Shown: positions 1 to 10,475 of the stretch, in pieces | How the letters are laid out: every line of letters starts with the position of its first letter | Position numbering within the stretch: position 1 is the first letter of the stretch | DNA from: Nitrospirota bacterium | GTDB lineage: Bacteria > Nitrospirota > JACRHJ01 | Length of the DNA: 64,000 nucleotides | Direction: 5' to 3' | NCBI GenBank assembly: GCA_963845245.1 | Contig: CAWJRJ010000020.1 | Coordinates: 96,001-160,000, forward strand | The notes under the pieces: model-generated | What the model was told of the DNA's origin: nothing | The model's database searches: none | What the model saw: the letters and a program-made list of their open reading frames with translations, nothing else | Made by a program: the position numbers and the translations under genes

Positions 1-903
1 GGGTATAGCCACTTCGTTTATACCGCCAATGTCCGATGCGATCACCGGGACCACCATGGCATGCGCTTGCAATATTACCTGCGGCACGCCCTCCGGCGCC
101 TTGGCGGGCAGGCACAGCACGTCGAGGTCGCCCATTATGTCCGGTATATCTCGCCTGTATCCTGGCAGTATAATTTTCTCTTTGCCTTTAAGTCCGTCTA
201 CCATGTCTTTAATCTTTCCGGACATCCAGCCGTCTCCGGCGAGTGTAAAAAATATGTCGTCACTTTTTTTAAGCACAATCCCGGCCGCCTTGATGAATAC
301 GTCCGGGCCTTTGTCTCCCCTCAGTACTGATACCATGCCAACGAGGAAAGCGCTGGAAGGTATCCCGAATTCAGATCGGTATTTCCCCTTTTCGCGTCTG
401 TGGTCAAACACCGAAACATCTATGCCGGTCGGGACTGATATTATTTTCTCAGCGGGGACGCCTTTCTCGACCATCCCCGCTTTTATGGACTCGCTGGTCG
501 TCACTATCCTGTCGCAAAGCGCGCCATATACCATCCGTCCCATAAAATGGCTTCTGACCGGATTTGCTACGTGTCTTGAGCGGATGACCTTCCTGCCGGA
601 CAGCCTCGCCGCAATACCGACGCTCCAGCCGTCCTTCGAACCATGCGCGTTTACTATGTCGATTCTTTCTCTCAGTATGATGCGCAGTAGTTTTGCCACC
701 GCCAAAGGGTCGAAGCTGCCGCGCATTTCCACCGCGTATGCCTTCAGCCCCCTGTGCCTGGCTTCGTCCAGTATCCTGCTGCCCGGTCTTGCCGCAAGGG
801 CAGAAACAAAGCCTCTTGAGACCATCCGCTCCATTTCTAGGAGTATCCTCAGTTCCTGCCCACCAAGGTTCATGGAGGACTCGGTGTGGAGGACATTAGG
901 CAT
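1..903 (-). CDS. GT4-family glycosyltransferase, partial (runs off the left edge)
   Basis: Not in the ORF track. ATG at 903 reads MPNVLHTESSMNLGGQELRIL...; near the window edge the same frame shows the GT4 motif EGVPQVILQAHAM. The start overlaps the stop of the upstream GT4. Confidence 0.85.
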   Translation of the reverse strand, partial: MPNVLHTESSMNLGGQELRILLEMERMVSRGFVSALAARPGSRILDEARHRGLKAYAVEMRGSFDPLAVAKLLRIILRERIDIVNAHGSKDGWSVGIAARLSGRKVIRSRHVANPVRSHFMGRMVYGALCDRIVTTSESIKAGMVEKGVPAEKIISVPTGIDVSVFDHRREKGKYRSEFGIPSSAFLVGMVSVLRGDKGPDVFIKAAGIVLKKSDDIFFTLAGDGWMSGKIKDMVDGLKGKEKIILPGYRRDIPDIMGDLDVLCLPAKAPEGVPQVILQAHAMVVPVIASDIGGINEVAIP

Positions 904-2527
904 GCCTTGATTTAATCTCGAAACAACCGATATCCGATGTTACTTTTTCATAAAGATCGCGGATGTTATTGTTAAATACGTTTTTATCAAACATCTCGAC
1001 GGCGGTATTACGCCCTTTCTCGGCCATCGCAAGCCTTTTATTCACATTCGATATCAGTTCAACGATGGCCTCGCTCATTGCGCGCGCATCCCCGACTGGC
1101 ACTATGACCCCGTTCTCACCATCAATAATATATTCGCGGATGCATTCAATGTCAGTGCCGATAACCGGCAGCCCCAATGACATACCCTCGATCAAGGCCA
1201 GTGACTGCGTTTCCGAAAGAGACGGTTTTACATAAAGATCACAAGCGCTGAATATTTCTTTCAGGTCGTCAACGTAGCCCAAAAGAGATACTCTGTCTTC
1301 TATATGAAGGTCCTTTGATATTGATTTCAGCTTCTCCTCATCCGGCCCTGTACCACAGATAAAACAACGATAATCCAGGCCTTCCGGTAGCATAGCCAAT
1401 GCCTGCAGGAGTATATGATACCCTTTCTCAGTGGCAAGTCTACCGGTGCTTCCTATAACAAATGTTTTAGGTTCTATGCCGAGATGTTTTTTGGCTCCGT
1501 TTATCTCAGCAAGGTCCTTAAAATAGCTGGTGTCAATACCATTGTAGATTACGTTGCATGATTCCTTGTCAAGCCTGTAAAGCTTTCGGAGCCTCTTTTC
1601 CACCATTTTAGAAACAGGTACGAAAATTGTCCCCCTACCTTTGGAAATAGTCCTCGCAAAGAAGTTTAAAAGGCGGCTTCTATATTTTACCTCAGAATGT
1701 TCGTGCAAAACTACCGGTATATTAAATACCGCACCCAGAACTTGGGATATGAAGCCTAGTTGGTAGCTATGTGAATGCAGGATGTCGAATTTTCCGTTCA
1801 TAACGATATTCAAGGTTTTTCGAAATATTGCGGCAAGGTTATTTGTGCCCAAGACATGCAGTTGATCACAATTTGCACGGAATTCGTCCTCAAGCTTTCC
1901 CCCGAGGGGCGCCAATACTGCTGTTTCAAAGTTTGTCTTGTCAAGGCCCTTCAATATCTCAAGGACAACTACCGCCACACCATGAGACCTAAGGCTCCAT
2001 ATTAAAAAAAGTACTTTTTTTCGCCCGTTGTGTGTTTTGTTCCTGTGGGGAAATAATTTGTGCCATACCTTGGCAATTCCGAAAGTGGGAATGCCCATGA
2101 GGCAAAACAAAAGTATTATTGCCCTTTTCCCGATTCCCGAGAACGGTGCTTTGATCTCTTCAAGAAATATCGACCGTTTATTATATCTGCGCACTTCACC
2201 GTCAAGGTTTATTCCTGTAATATATTTTGCGCCGCATAGATTTGAAAGGAACTTAACGTTGGTATGTCCCTTGAAGCTTGAATTATCGAAAAGAATTACA
2301 ACCGAGGACACCTTCAGGACCCGAAGCCTCAAGACAAGCCTTAACATATAAAAAAAGTCTCCGAAACTTTTTTTATGATAGATAGTTTCGTCCACTAATT
2401 CGCATTGAGATGCAGAGCCTTCCGGGACAAGGTTGATGAACTGCTCAGGAGAAGCGGTTTTTTTCAGGTTAAGCAGAGCATTCTTTTGCGCCGGGGACTT
2501 GCATTCTTTTATTACTAAAACAGGCAT
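896..2527 (-). CDS. GT4 glycosyltransferase with an extra N-terminal domain and a hydrophobic segment
   Basis: C-terminal GT4 motifs (IYNGID, GRLATEKG, ETQSLALIEGMSLGLPVIG). Start moved from the ORF-track 2680 to ATG 2527, which follows an AGGAG RBS and avoids overlapping the upstream gene. Confidence 0.8.
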   Translation of the reverse strand: MPVLVIKECKSPAQKNALLNLKKTASPEQFINLVPEGSASQCELVDETIYHKKSFGDFFYMLRLVLRLRVLKVSSVVILFDNSSFKGHTNVKFLSNLCGAKYITGINLDGEVRRYNKRSIFLEEIKAPFSGIGKRAIILLFCLMGIPTFGIAKVWHKLFPHRNKTHNGRKKVLFLIWSLRSHGVAVVVLEILKGLDKTNFETAVLAPLGGKLEDEFRANCDQLHVLGTNNLAAIFRKTLNIVMNGKFDILHSHSYQLGFISQVLGAVFNIPVVLHEHSEVKYRSRLLNFFARTISKGRGTIFVPVSKMVEKRLRKLYRLDKESCNVIYNGIDTSYFKDLAEINGAKKHLGIEPKTFVIGSTGRLATEKGYHILLQALAMLPEGLDYRCFICGTGPDEEKLKSISKDLHIEDRVSLLGYVDDLKEIFSACDLYVKPSLSETQSLALIEGMSLGLPVIGTDIECIREYIIDGENGVIVPVGDARAMSEAIVELISNVNKRLAMAEKGRNTAVEMFDKNVFNNNIRDLYEKVTSDIGCFEIKSRHA

Positions 2528-2538
2528 TCTACTCCTAA

Positions 2539-3531
2539 TCAGATCGAGTTTATAACGTACCAGAGTGTCTCCTGATGTACTTCCTGCGAATAGGTCTTTA
2601 ATACCTTCTGGCGCCCGTTCAACCCCATCTCCATGCGCCGTTCCCTGTTTTCTATAAGATAGGAAAGATGCGTTACCCATTCTGCCTGGTTACCTGCGAG
2701 GAAACCGTCAACGCCTGTCTCTATGATGTCGGAATTGACTCCGACCGGAGAAGCCACTACAGGTATCGCGACCCCGAAATACTGTAGAATCTTGTTGCCG
2801 GATTTGCCTTTTGCCCATATATCGTCATTGAGTGGCATAACGCCTATGTCCAGGCTCCTCAGGTCCTCTACTTCTTCATCCTGGCTCCACATCTTCTTTA
2901 TCACCTGCACTCCGTCGATGTCGAAAAAGCCCTGCGAGATAATCTTCAGCCGGACGTTTGGGTGTCTTTTGGAAAGCTCCTGAAGAGGACCGGACAGTTC
3001 TTTCAGATATTTGAGGTTTCCCCTCGTCCCCAGCCAACCTATGACGACCTCGTCACTACTATTAACCGTATAGTCTTTAGGGGTGTATTTGGATACGTTT
3101 ATGGGGGTTGGCACGACATGGACGTTGCCGTTGTTGTATCGACAAAATTCGTAAAGGAACCTGTTGCCGACCAGTACCGCTTTGGAATTGTCGACCATGC
3201 CTATGAACTTCTTGAAAAATCTGCCGTCCAGCTTCTCCTTGCGTTCAACCTCATGGAACATGACCGAATCGTCCACGTCGAAGATTATATTCGGGTTCAG
3301 CCTGCTCATAAGCCTTATCTCGGCCGGACGCATGAGCTTCTTCTGTATAAAGATCACGTCGTATGCCCTTACTTTTGACAGCACCCCGATCCGCCCTATT
3401 ATGCCTGTTGGCATGGGCAACAAGTCGCAGACCATCCCCTTATCCCTGAGGTAGCCTATAGAGTCCAGCACGCGTTGTTTTGTGCTTGGTTTTGGCGGAC
3501 TAAGGGTGATGAATAGTACTTTCTTCGACAT
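2539..3531 (-). CDS. GT4 glycosyltransferase
   Basis: IFDVDD, IGWLGT, DIGVMPL...KSGNKILQYFGVAIPVVASPVGVN. Confidence 0.85.
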   Translation of the reverse strand: MSKKVLFITLSPPKPSTKQRVLDSIGYLRDKGMVCDLLPMPTGIIGRIGVLSKVRAYDVIFIQKKLMRPAEIRLMSRLNPNIIFDVDDSVMFHEVERKEKLDGRFFKKFIGMVDNSKAVLVGNRFLYEFCRYNNGNVHVVPTPINVSKYTPKDYTVNSSDEVVIGWLGTRGNLKYLKELSGPLQELSKRHPNVRLKIISQGFFDIDGVQVIKKMWSQDEEVEDLRSLDIGVMPLNDDIWAKGKSGNKILQYFGVAIPVVASPVGVNSDIIETGVDGFLAGNQAEWVTHLSYLIENRERRMEMGLNGRQKVLKTYSQEVHQETLWYVINSI

Positions 3532-3532
3532 T

Positions 3533-4585
3533 TTATAAAAAATTGACGTGTGTGCGGGGCTGTTTCAGGTTCCAAAGGACCTGGTTGAACGTGTTGTCCC
3601 TGCAAAGTGGAATGCAATCTTTAAATTCTATGCTTTCGTAGGCCTTTTTTCTTTGCTTTGAGTTCCAAATTTCCTTGAAGCTGTTGTTATGCAGGTCGCC
3701 TATGCAGTACTTGTCGTATCCGCGCAGGTGACAGCAAAGGTACATCTTGCCGTCGGCGCATATGGTAGTGGCGAACTGGTGGCCATAGCATACCCTGTAG
3801 TTCCGCCCGTAATCCTTCATCTTCATCATCTCATACTTGTGCTGGGAGAACAGTACGTCATAACCTGGTTTTCCAAACTTGGTGCATTTGTTTATTATTT
3901 GCGAAACATCCGTCCAGTGGTAATCGAACATACCTCCCCTGTGTATCTGCATCGGGCGGTACTGGATGTAATCGACCCCAAGATCGCCGCATAATTCGGC
4001 TGCCCTTATCATGCCATCTTTTGTATGGTCGTTGGTAAGATAACCTACCCCGACGGTGCAATCACTCTTCAGACGCTTCTTGGTGGCGGCAAGCGTCTTT
4101 ATGTTTTTCAACACCTTTTCAAACCCGGCCTCGTTCAGTCCATGGGTTATCTTGTAGGTCTCCGGGTCTGAAGCGTCAAGGGAAACCCTTACCCATACGC
4201 AGTTTTTTGCCAGGACTTCGCAGGCGTGTTTTGTTAGGAGGGTCCCGTTCGTAATGAATCCGACATCGAGGCCGAGGCTTTTTGCCAACTCCACCGTCTC
4301 AAGCGTGTACTTGCTGCATAGTGGGTCGCCGCCGCCGGTGAATATCAGACCCCGGACCTTGAAGTCCGCAAGCTGCCTTATGATGTCTTCCGCCATCTCT
4401 TTTGACAGGCTGTCGACGCTCGTCCTCTGGAAATAGCCGGCGACGCACTCCGGGCAGCGGTGGTTGCACCTGTTCGTCATGTCCATCTCAACGGTGATGG
4501 GTGCGGGATTTTTCCCATCCATCCAAGCGCTTACTCTGTCCAGGTGTTTCAATATCTTGTCCGAACTGAACTGCTTTACGTCCAT
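3533..4585 (-). CDS. Radical SAM protein with SPASM/Twitch domain
   Basis: CNHRCPEC (CxxxCxxC), FTGGGDP, C-terminal CYGH...DGKMYLCC...IGDL...EIWNS...CIPLC. Confidence 0.85.
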   Translation of the reverse strand: MDVKQFSSDKILKHLDRVSAWMDGKNPAPITVEMDMTNRCNHRCPECVAGYFQRTSVDSLSKEMAEDIIRQLADFKVRGLIFTGGGDPLCSKYTLETVELAKSLGLDVGFITNGTLLTKHACEVLAKNCVWVRVSLDASDPETYKITHGLNEAGFEKVLKNIKTLAATKKRLKSDCTVGVGYLTNDHTKDGMIRAAELCGDLGVDYIQYRPMQIHRGGMFDYHWTDVSQIINKCTKFGKPGYDVLFSQHKYEMMKMKDYGRNYRVCYGHQFATTICADGKMYLCCHLRGYDKYCIGDLHNNSFKEIWNSKQRKKAYESIEFKDCIPLCRDNTFNQVLWNLKQPRTHVNFL

Positions 4586-4636
4586 TTTATCCGTTCCTTT
4601 TATTTATTTGAGTTTAGGTACTAAGATGTTACAGGT

Positions 4637-4664
4637 ATTTTAGCTTCTGGGAGTTTTTTGTCAA
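4637..4664 (-). promoter_or_regulatory. Sigma70-like promoter for the radical SAM-GT4 unit
   Basis: Minus strand TTGACA-16 bp-TAAAAT in an AT-rich intergenic gap; the spacer contains a homopolymer, so it could really be 17 bp. Confidence 0.5.
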
Positions 4665-4790
4665 TTAAAAAGACCTGAAATATCGAAAAAAAACATAAGT
4701 TTCTGCTGTAATTTGACTCAAATGCGATATTATACGTTTTTTCTTACTTTTCAAAGATGCACTTGAGAACCAGGCTCTTTTATTATCTCT

Positions 4791-5906
4791 CTATTTTCGC
4801 GATAGCAATGCTTCGTATTCGCCCTGGACGGTCTCTACATGCCTGCTTAACGTGAACTGCTCCGCCTTGCCCCTTGCGGCTCGCCCCATCACGGATAGCC
4901 CGTTTTTATTTGTCAAGCAAGACTCCATCGCCTTTGTGAGGGCTTCATTATCGCCTTTCGGGATGATATAACCAGACCGGCCGTCTTCTAGTATGTGTCT
5001 CACCTCCCCGACATCGGAGGCGATGGACGGCTTGCCGCAGGCCATTGCCTCGATCAGCGCCCTTGGGAAGCCCTCCCACAGCGAAGGCATGACCAGTATG
5101 TCTATCCCTGCCATGGCCTCGGTAATATCGGAAAGCCTGCCGGTAAGGACTACCCTGCCATCCAGGCCGTTTTCTTTAATGAATTCCTCGACTTTATTTA
5201 CATCTGATTCCAGGCCGGTCCCGACGATAACAAACCAAGACTGTTCATTAATGTTACTGACATGACGGGCCGCCTCAAGAAAAGAAATATTTCCCTTCCT
5301 CTTCTCTATAGAACCTACCATGCCGAAGACAAAGGCATCCCGAGGTATGCCATATCTGGCCCTGAAGGCCGATCCATCCATTCCCGGCTTGAACCTTTCG
5401 TTGTCCACACCGTTATATATCTTCAATGCCTTACCGGTGTTTTTAAAATACGTATAGAGGTCGGACGAGACCACGAATATCCTGTCGGAAAGCAGGGATA
5501 TCCATTTTCCAAGTGCCCTTACTCTTTTTCCTTCCGGGTCCTCACGTATATGCCATATCACAGGATTGCCTGCAATCAAAGCAGCCAGCCCGATATTTTT
5601 GCAGAAGGGTACGGCACTGTTTAGATGTACCAGGTCTATTTTCTCGTCCTTCAACAAACGTATGGATTCCCGTATAAGCCCCAAATTTAGAAAGCCTCTT
5701 TTTTTTAACACGACAGAAGTGATGCCCTCTGAGTTCAGCTTTGCAACCAGCGGGCCGTCCTTGCTGAAAGCCGCAACTGGGGTATACTTATTCCTGTCCA
5801 GACCTGTCATCAGGTGATACAGGCTTATGGCCGACCCCTTGAGGGCAGCTGTATGCGAGCAATAGAGTATCCTTGCGGGGCTACTCTTTTCCGATGAGCG
5901 TTTCAA
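4791..5906 (-). CDS. GT4 glycosyltransferase (start codon uncertain)
   Basis: WHIRE, IYNGVD, PSLWEGFPRALIEAMACGKPSIASDVG. Confidence 0.85.
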   Translation of the reverse strand: MKRSSEKSSPARILYCSHTAALKGSAISLYHLMTGLDRNKYTPVAAFSKDGPLVAKLNSEGITSVVLKKRGFLNLGLIRESIRLLKDEKIDLVHLNSAVPFCKNIGLAALIAGNPVIWHIREDPEGKRVRALGKWISLLSDRIFVVSSDLYTYFKNTGKALKIYNGVDNERFKPGMDGSAFRARYGIPRDAFVFGMVGSIEKRKGNISFLEAARHVSNINEQSWFVIVGTGLESDVNKVEEFIKENGLDGRVVLTGRLSDITEAMAGIDILVMPSLWEGFPRALIEAMACGKPSIASDVGEVRHILEDGRSGYIIPKGDNEALTKAMESCLTNKNGLSVMGRAARGKAEQFTLSRHVETVQGEYEALLSRK

Positions 5907-6940
5907 TGGCGGCTATCGCCTCCTGGGTGGTTATCTCGTCAAGACATCTGCTCTTTTTGCTCCCGCCACAGCCGTCTTTTTTGCATGGCATGCAGGGGAA
6001 CTCGTTTTTCTTTGAGACAATTACCCCTCTTGGGGTGAACGGTCCCCAGACGCTTGAGTCTGAGGGTCCGAAAAGTGCCACTACGGGCGTCCCCACAGCA
6101 GCAGCCATGTGCATGGGGGCCGTATCCACACCGAAGAACAGCGAACTTTGTTTGTAAAGGGCTGCCAACCTTTTTAGCGTAAGCCTGCCGGAGAGGTCCA
6201 CCGGGTGAGTTTTCACGAGGGATATTATATGTCTTATCCGCTCCAGCTCTTTCTCGTCCGGCCCGGATGTCAAGACGACTCTGAAACCCCTGCCATCAAG
6301 GTAATCTATTACCTCGGCTACGGCCTCGTCCCTCCAGCACTTGAACAACCACCTGGACGTCGGGTGTACTACTGCTATCCTGTCTCTGTCTCTGATGCCG
6401 TTTTCTTTCAGAAGCACGTCTACATAATTGTCGTCATCTTGTGAGGTAAATAGCTGGACATCAGGTTTCATGTTTTCTATCCCGAGCGGCTCAAGGATAT
6501 CCATATCCATGGCTGCCCGGTGCCGCCCGTTGTTGATGTAGCGCACTAAGATGCGTAAGCAGATGCTTCTTTCCCCAGAATCCCCTGCCACGCGGGTCGA
6601 TGCCGATCCTGTACCTGGCGCCGCTAAGGAGGGCTATTATCACGCCTCTGTCGCCCTCTGTCATGTTAATGGCAAGGTCGTATCTGTGTGTCCTGATCTT
6701 TCGTATAAACTCGAACTCCGCTTTAAGTCCGGCATCCCTTTTTAATGTTACAATCTCGTCTATATTAGGGTTCAGGGTAAGCATTTCTTCCGTGCCGGCC
6801 GGGACGACCGCCGTGATACGAGCATCGGGGAACGTATCCCTCAGCGCCTTGATGGCTGGAGTCGTGAGGAGCACGTCGCCGATATTCCGGAGTTTTATTA
6901 CCAGTATGCCCTTGATGTCCTGGCGCGGGATGGTACTCAT
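5881..6940 (-). CDS. waaQ: GT9 LPS heptosyltransferase III (RfaQ/WaaQ-like), frameshift near 6540
   Basis: N-part ILVIKLRNIGDVLLTTP...INMTEGDRG; C-part VVHPTSRWLFKCW...GVDTAPMHMAAAVGTPVVALFGPS. Two overlapping ORFs make one protein. Confidence 0.75.
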
Positions 6941-6942
6941 AA

Positions 6943-7692
6943 TCACTTTTTTTCCCGCATCTCCCATAGCTTCGCATATTTAGTGAAGGTGTAAAAGGAA
7001 TAGAGTATGGATATAACGAGTCCGTAGATGCCGTCTCTGAACCCTTGCCGGATAATAAACATCTTGAAAAACGTAAACATAGGTTTTAGCGACATATCAA
7101 GAGGTCCAGCGCTCCTGCCCTCTTTTTTCATCTCTTGGGCGGCCAGGGTACTGTATTTGTCCATGCGTTTTATATAGTCTGATATCCCGGCGTAGGTGTA
7201 ATGCAGCATGGGGGCCTTCAGATACCCAGCCTCGCCGGACAGTTCCACGGCCTCGTGCACAGCCCTGTCCTTAAACGCGCCTTTTCTCCTGTCAAAAAGC
7301 CTTATCGAATAGTCAGGGCTCCAGCCGCAATGCTTTATCTCGCGGCCCATGAAGTGGTTCCTGCGAGAGACGTAGTAACCGACCTTTGCCGGGGCTTCCT
7401 GCATCATACCTGATATTTCATCTATAAGCCCATCGGTGAAGCGCTCGTCCGAGTCAAGCACGAAGACCCAGTCGTTTTTGGCCAAAGAAACAGCATAAGA
7501 CTTCTGGCCAGAAAAACCGCGCCATTTTTCCTGGTATACGTTCTCGGTAAACTCCCTGCATATCTCGACAGTGGCGTCGGTACTGTAGGAATCGACCACG
7601 ACTATCTCGTCCGCCCAACTTGCACTTTCAAGCGCGGCCCGGATGTTTTTTTCTTCGTTGAAGGTTATTATCACAACCGAAACGGGTGGCAT
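6943..7692 (-). CDS. GT2 LPS core glycosyltransferase (WaaE/KdtX-like)
   Basis: VSVVIITFNEEKNI, VVDSYSTDAT, WVFVLDSDE, RAVHE, GFRDG. Confidence 0.85.
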   Translation of the reverse strand: MPPVSVVIITFNEEKNIRAALESASWADEIVVVDSYSTDATVEICREFTENVYQEKWRGFSGQKSYAVSLAKNDWVFVLDSDERFTDGLIDEISGMMQEAPAKVGYYVSRRNHFMGREIKHCGWSPDYSIRLFDRRKGAFKDRAVHEAVELSGEAGYLKAPMLHYTYAGISDYIKRMDKYSTLAAQEMKKEGRSAGPLDMSLKPMFTFFKMFIIRQGFRDGIYGLVISILYSFYTFTKYAKLWEMREKK

Positions 7693-7862
7693 CAGCCCAG
7701 CTTCTCCGCCTCGTCAACGAGCATCACCGGGATGTCCTCCCTTACGGGGTACTTGAGCCGGCATTTCTCGCATACAAGCCCCTTGCCGTCCTCGGTAAGT
7801 TTTATGTCCCCCTTGCAGTTCGGGCAGCAGAGTATTTCCAGGAGTTCCTTATTTACAGCCAT
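7692..7862 (-). CDS. Trm112/YcaR family small protein, 56 aa
   Basis: Not in the ORF track. Hand translation: MAVNKELLEILCCPNCKGDIKLTEDGKGLVCEKCRLKYPVREDIPVMLVDEAEKLG; preceded by a GGAGGG RBS. Confidence 0.85.
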   Translation of the reverse strand: MAVNKELLEILCCPNCKGDIKLTEDGKGLVCEKCRLKYPVREDIPVMLVDEAEKLG

Positions 7863-7880
7863 ATACCCTCCAATTGTCGT

Positions 7881-8912
7881 TTACGCCAAGAGCATGGCCT
7901 TCACTTCATCAAATACAGCATCGACGGAGATGCCTGTAAGGCATCTTACGCTTTCGCACTCCCTCTTAAGGCATGGCGCGCATTCTACCCCGGCTGTTAT
8001 CACCCTGTGCATCCTACCGTAAGGGCCTGTCCTTACAGGGTCGGTAGGGCCGAAAAGTGCAGCCGCGGGCGTGCCTACGGCTGCAGCAATATGCATAGGA
8101 CCTGAGTCGTTGGTGACAAGCAGGCGTGCCCTTTTTAACAAGGCTGCAAGCCCCTTTATGCTTGTCCTTCCAAAGGCGAGGTTTCGAAGGATAAGCTTGT
8201 CTATGTGTTCGGCGAGCACGACTTCCTCGTCCTTCGTGCCTATGAATACCGTTTTCAGCCTTACCCCGTTGATCCTGTTTGCAATCTCGATAAAACGTTC
8301 GGCTGGCCACCTTTTGGTAAGCCACCTGGCCGATGGTGCAATAGCCACAAACTCCTCGCCCTCTTCAATGTCGAATTCTTTTAACAGCGAAACCGCCTCT
8401 TTATCGTGCCTTTCCTCAAGTACAATATCAAATCTTGGCGCTTCATGGTGTTCAATGCCGATAGATTCAAGCGTCAACAAATACCTGTCCACCGCGTGGA
8501 TCGACAGGTCTGGGACCGCTACCCTTTCGGTGTAAAAAAGCGGGGCGCCCTCCCTGGCATTGGCAAAGCCGATACGGGATTTTGAACGACAGGCAAACGC
8601 CATCAGCGCACTCCGCAACAGGCCTTGGAGGTCTATTACGAGGTCGTAACGTTCCCTTCGAAGTTTCCCAACGAAACTTCCAAGGTTCCTTAAACCGTTT
8701 CCGCCCTGAAACATCCTGCGGTCAAAGGTGAGCGTCCTTTTTATCGCGGGGTTCCCTTCCAGCAGCTCCTCGTATCCGGCCCCTATTACCCAGTCGATTT
8801 CGGACTCGGGGATTTCCGCTTTAAGAGCATACGCAACCGGTAGCGCATGTATGATATCCCCCAGCGAGCTGGGCTTTATAATGAGGATTTTTTTGAGTCT
8901 TCTATAATCCAA
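7881..8912 (-). CDS. waaC: GT9 LPS heptosyltransferase, probably I
   Basis: ILIIKPSSLGDIIHALP, IDLQGLLRSA, TNDSGPMHIAAAVGTP. Confidence 0.7.
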   Translation of the reverse strand: MDYRRLKKILIIKPSSLGDIIHALPVAYALKAEIPESEIDWVIGAGYEELLEGNPAIKRTLTFDRRMFQGGNGLRNLGSFVGKLRRERYDLVIDLQGLLRSALMAFACRSKSRIGFANAREGAPLFYTERVAVPDLSIHAVDRYLLTLESIGIEHHEAPRFDIVLEERHDKEAVSLLKEFDIEEGEEFVAIAPSARWLTKRWPAERFIEIANRINGVRLKTVFIGTKDEEVVLAEHIDKLILRNLAFGRTSIKGLAALLKRARLLVTNDSGPMHIAAAVGTPAAALFGPTDPVRTGPYGRMHRVITAGVECAPCLKRECESVRCLTGISVDAVFDEVKAMLLA

Positions 8913-9451
8913 TCGGCGGCCTCCGGGAGCGCGTCCAGAATGATGTCAGGCCTAAGCCCCCTTGCATCCAGAAGCTCTTTTTCCTCCATACCGTAGCCGG
9001 TCAAAACGAGTACTGTTTTGCCTCCGGCATTAAAACCCAGTTCTATGTCAGAAACCTTGTCCCCGACGAAATAAGACCTGGACAGGTCGATACCCAGTTC
9101 CTTGGCTGCCTTTATTGCCATCCCTGGTTTAGGTTTGCGGCATTCACAGTCCACCTTTTCGCCATGCCGGGGGTGGTGCGGGCAGAAATAAAAGGCATCG
9201 ACCCTTGCGCCATTTTCTTCCAACAACCTTTCAAGCGCAAGGTTTACATGTTTTAGCTCTTTAACCGTGAACAGTCCCCTTGCTATCCCGGACTGGTTTG
9301 TAACTACCACAATCTTGAACCCGGCAGCACGGAGCCGCGCAATGGCGTCGGCAGCACCTGGTAACAGGCTCACCTGTTCCGGATCCGAGAGGTAGCCCAC
9401 CTCCTCGTTTATAGTGCCGTCCCTGTCAAGGAAGACTGCGGAGCTACCCAA
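8876..9451 (-). CDS. gmhB: D-glycero-D-manno-heptose 1,7-bisphosphate phosphatase
   Basis: AVFLDRDGTIN, VTNQSGIARG, CPHHP...CECRKPKPG, GDK; located among heptosyltransferase genes. Confidence 0.9.
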   Translation of the reverse strand: MGSSAVFLDRDGTINEEVGYLSDPEQVSLLPGAADAIARLRAAGFKIVVVTNQSGIARGLFTVKELKHVNLALERLLEENGARVDAFYFCPHHPRHGEKVDCECRKPKPGMAIKAAKELGIDLSRSYFVGDKVSDIELGFNAGGKTVLVLTGYGMEEKELLDARGLRPDIILDALPEAADWIIEDSKKSSL

Positions 9452-10475
9452 CGCCCCCCTCCAGTATCTCTTTTGCGGCCTTTAATACCCGCTGTGGCGT
9501 TACCTGTTCCATACATTTGTAATGTTTAAGGGGGCAGGTACGCTTAAGGCATGGGCTACAGTTTACCGGTTCCCTGACAATCCGGTGCCCTTCTCCGAAA
9601 GGCCCGGTCGCTATGTGGTCGGTCGAGCCGAATACCGCAAGCGTAGGCACTCCAAGGGCGGCGGATATGTGCATGGGTCCTGAGTCATTGGTTATAAAAA
9701 GGCTGCATCTTTTAGTAAGCGCCATGAGACCTCGGAGCCCGGTCTTCCCTGCCAGGTTGAGGGCCTTCTCTTTCATGGAGGCCTGCACCGCTCCAGCCGT
9801 GGCTACATCGCCTGGCCCCCCGAAGATTATTATGCTGGCATTATACTCCTTTACAAGCCTGTCCGCCACAAAACCGAAACGTTCAGGATGCCATCTCTTG
9901 GCTATGCCATACTGTGCTCCGGGGTTTATACCTATTATCATGTCATGCCTGTCTATGCCGTTTTCTTTAAGGAGTCCGGCCGAGTATTCGTTGTCTTTTT
10001 TGTCCAGGTAGAGCTTCGGCATAACGCCGTCGGTCTTCATCCCCAGTGCTTTGAGCAGGTCGAGGTAGTAATGGACCTGGTGTTTTTCTTTTGTATCCTG
10101 TGATACCTTCACGCCGTCGGTCAGGAGCACACCTCGCCCATCAGTCTTGTAGCCCATGCGGCGCGGGATCTTTGCCAGGAAAGCAACCAGAGCCGCCTCG
10201 AAGGCATTCTGAAGTAGTATCGCACGGTCGAACTTCCGCTTCCTCAGTTCGCGCCCAAGCCTGGCAATACCCGTAGCGCCGCCGTAGACCTTTTTGTCGT
10301 AGAGTATGAAGTTGTCCACGGCAGGGCTGCCTTCGAGGATTTCCTGAAGTGGCGGCCTTATCAGCACGGTTATCTCAGAGTCGGGAAAGCTCTTCCGTAT
10401 CCCTGCAAGGGCAGGAGTGGTCATTACAAGGTCACCGACCCAGTTTGTGGCCCTTACAAGTATCTTCTCCGGCAT
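9444..10475 (-). CDS. waaF: LPS heptosyltransferase II
   Basis: RATNWVGDLVM, NPGAQYGIAKRW, TNDSGPMH; ATG at 10475 overlaps the lpxL stop. Confidence 0.85.
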   Translation of the reverse strand: MPEKILVRATNWVGDLVMTTPALAGIRKSFPDSEITVLIRPPLQEILEGSPAVDNFILYDKKVYGGATGIARLGRELRKRKFDRAILLQNAFEAALVAFLAKIPRRMGYKTDGRGVLLTDGVKVSQDTKEKHQVHYYLDLLKALGMKTDGVMPKLYLDKKDNEYSAGLLKENGIDRHDMIIGINPGAQYGIAKRWHPERFGFVADRLVKEYNASIIIFGGPGDVATAGAVQASMKEKALNLAGKTGLRGLMALTKRCSLFITNDSGPMHISAALGVPTLAVFGSTDHIATGPFGEGHRIVREPVNCSPCLKRTCPLKHYKCMEQVTPQRVLKAAKEILEGGVG

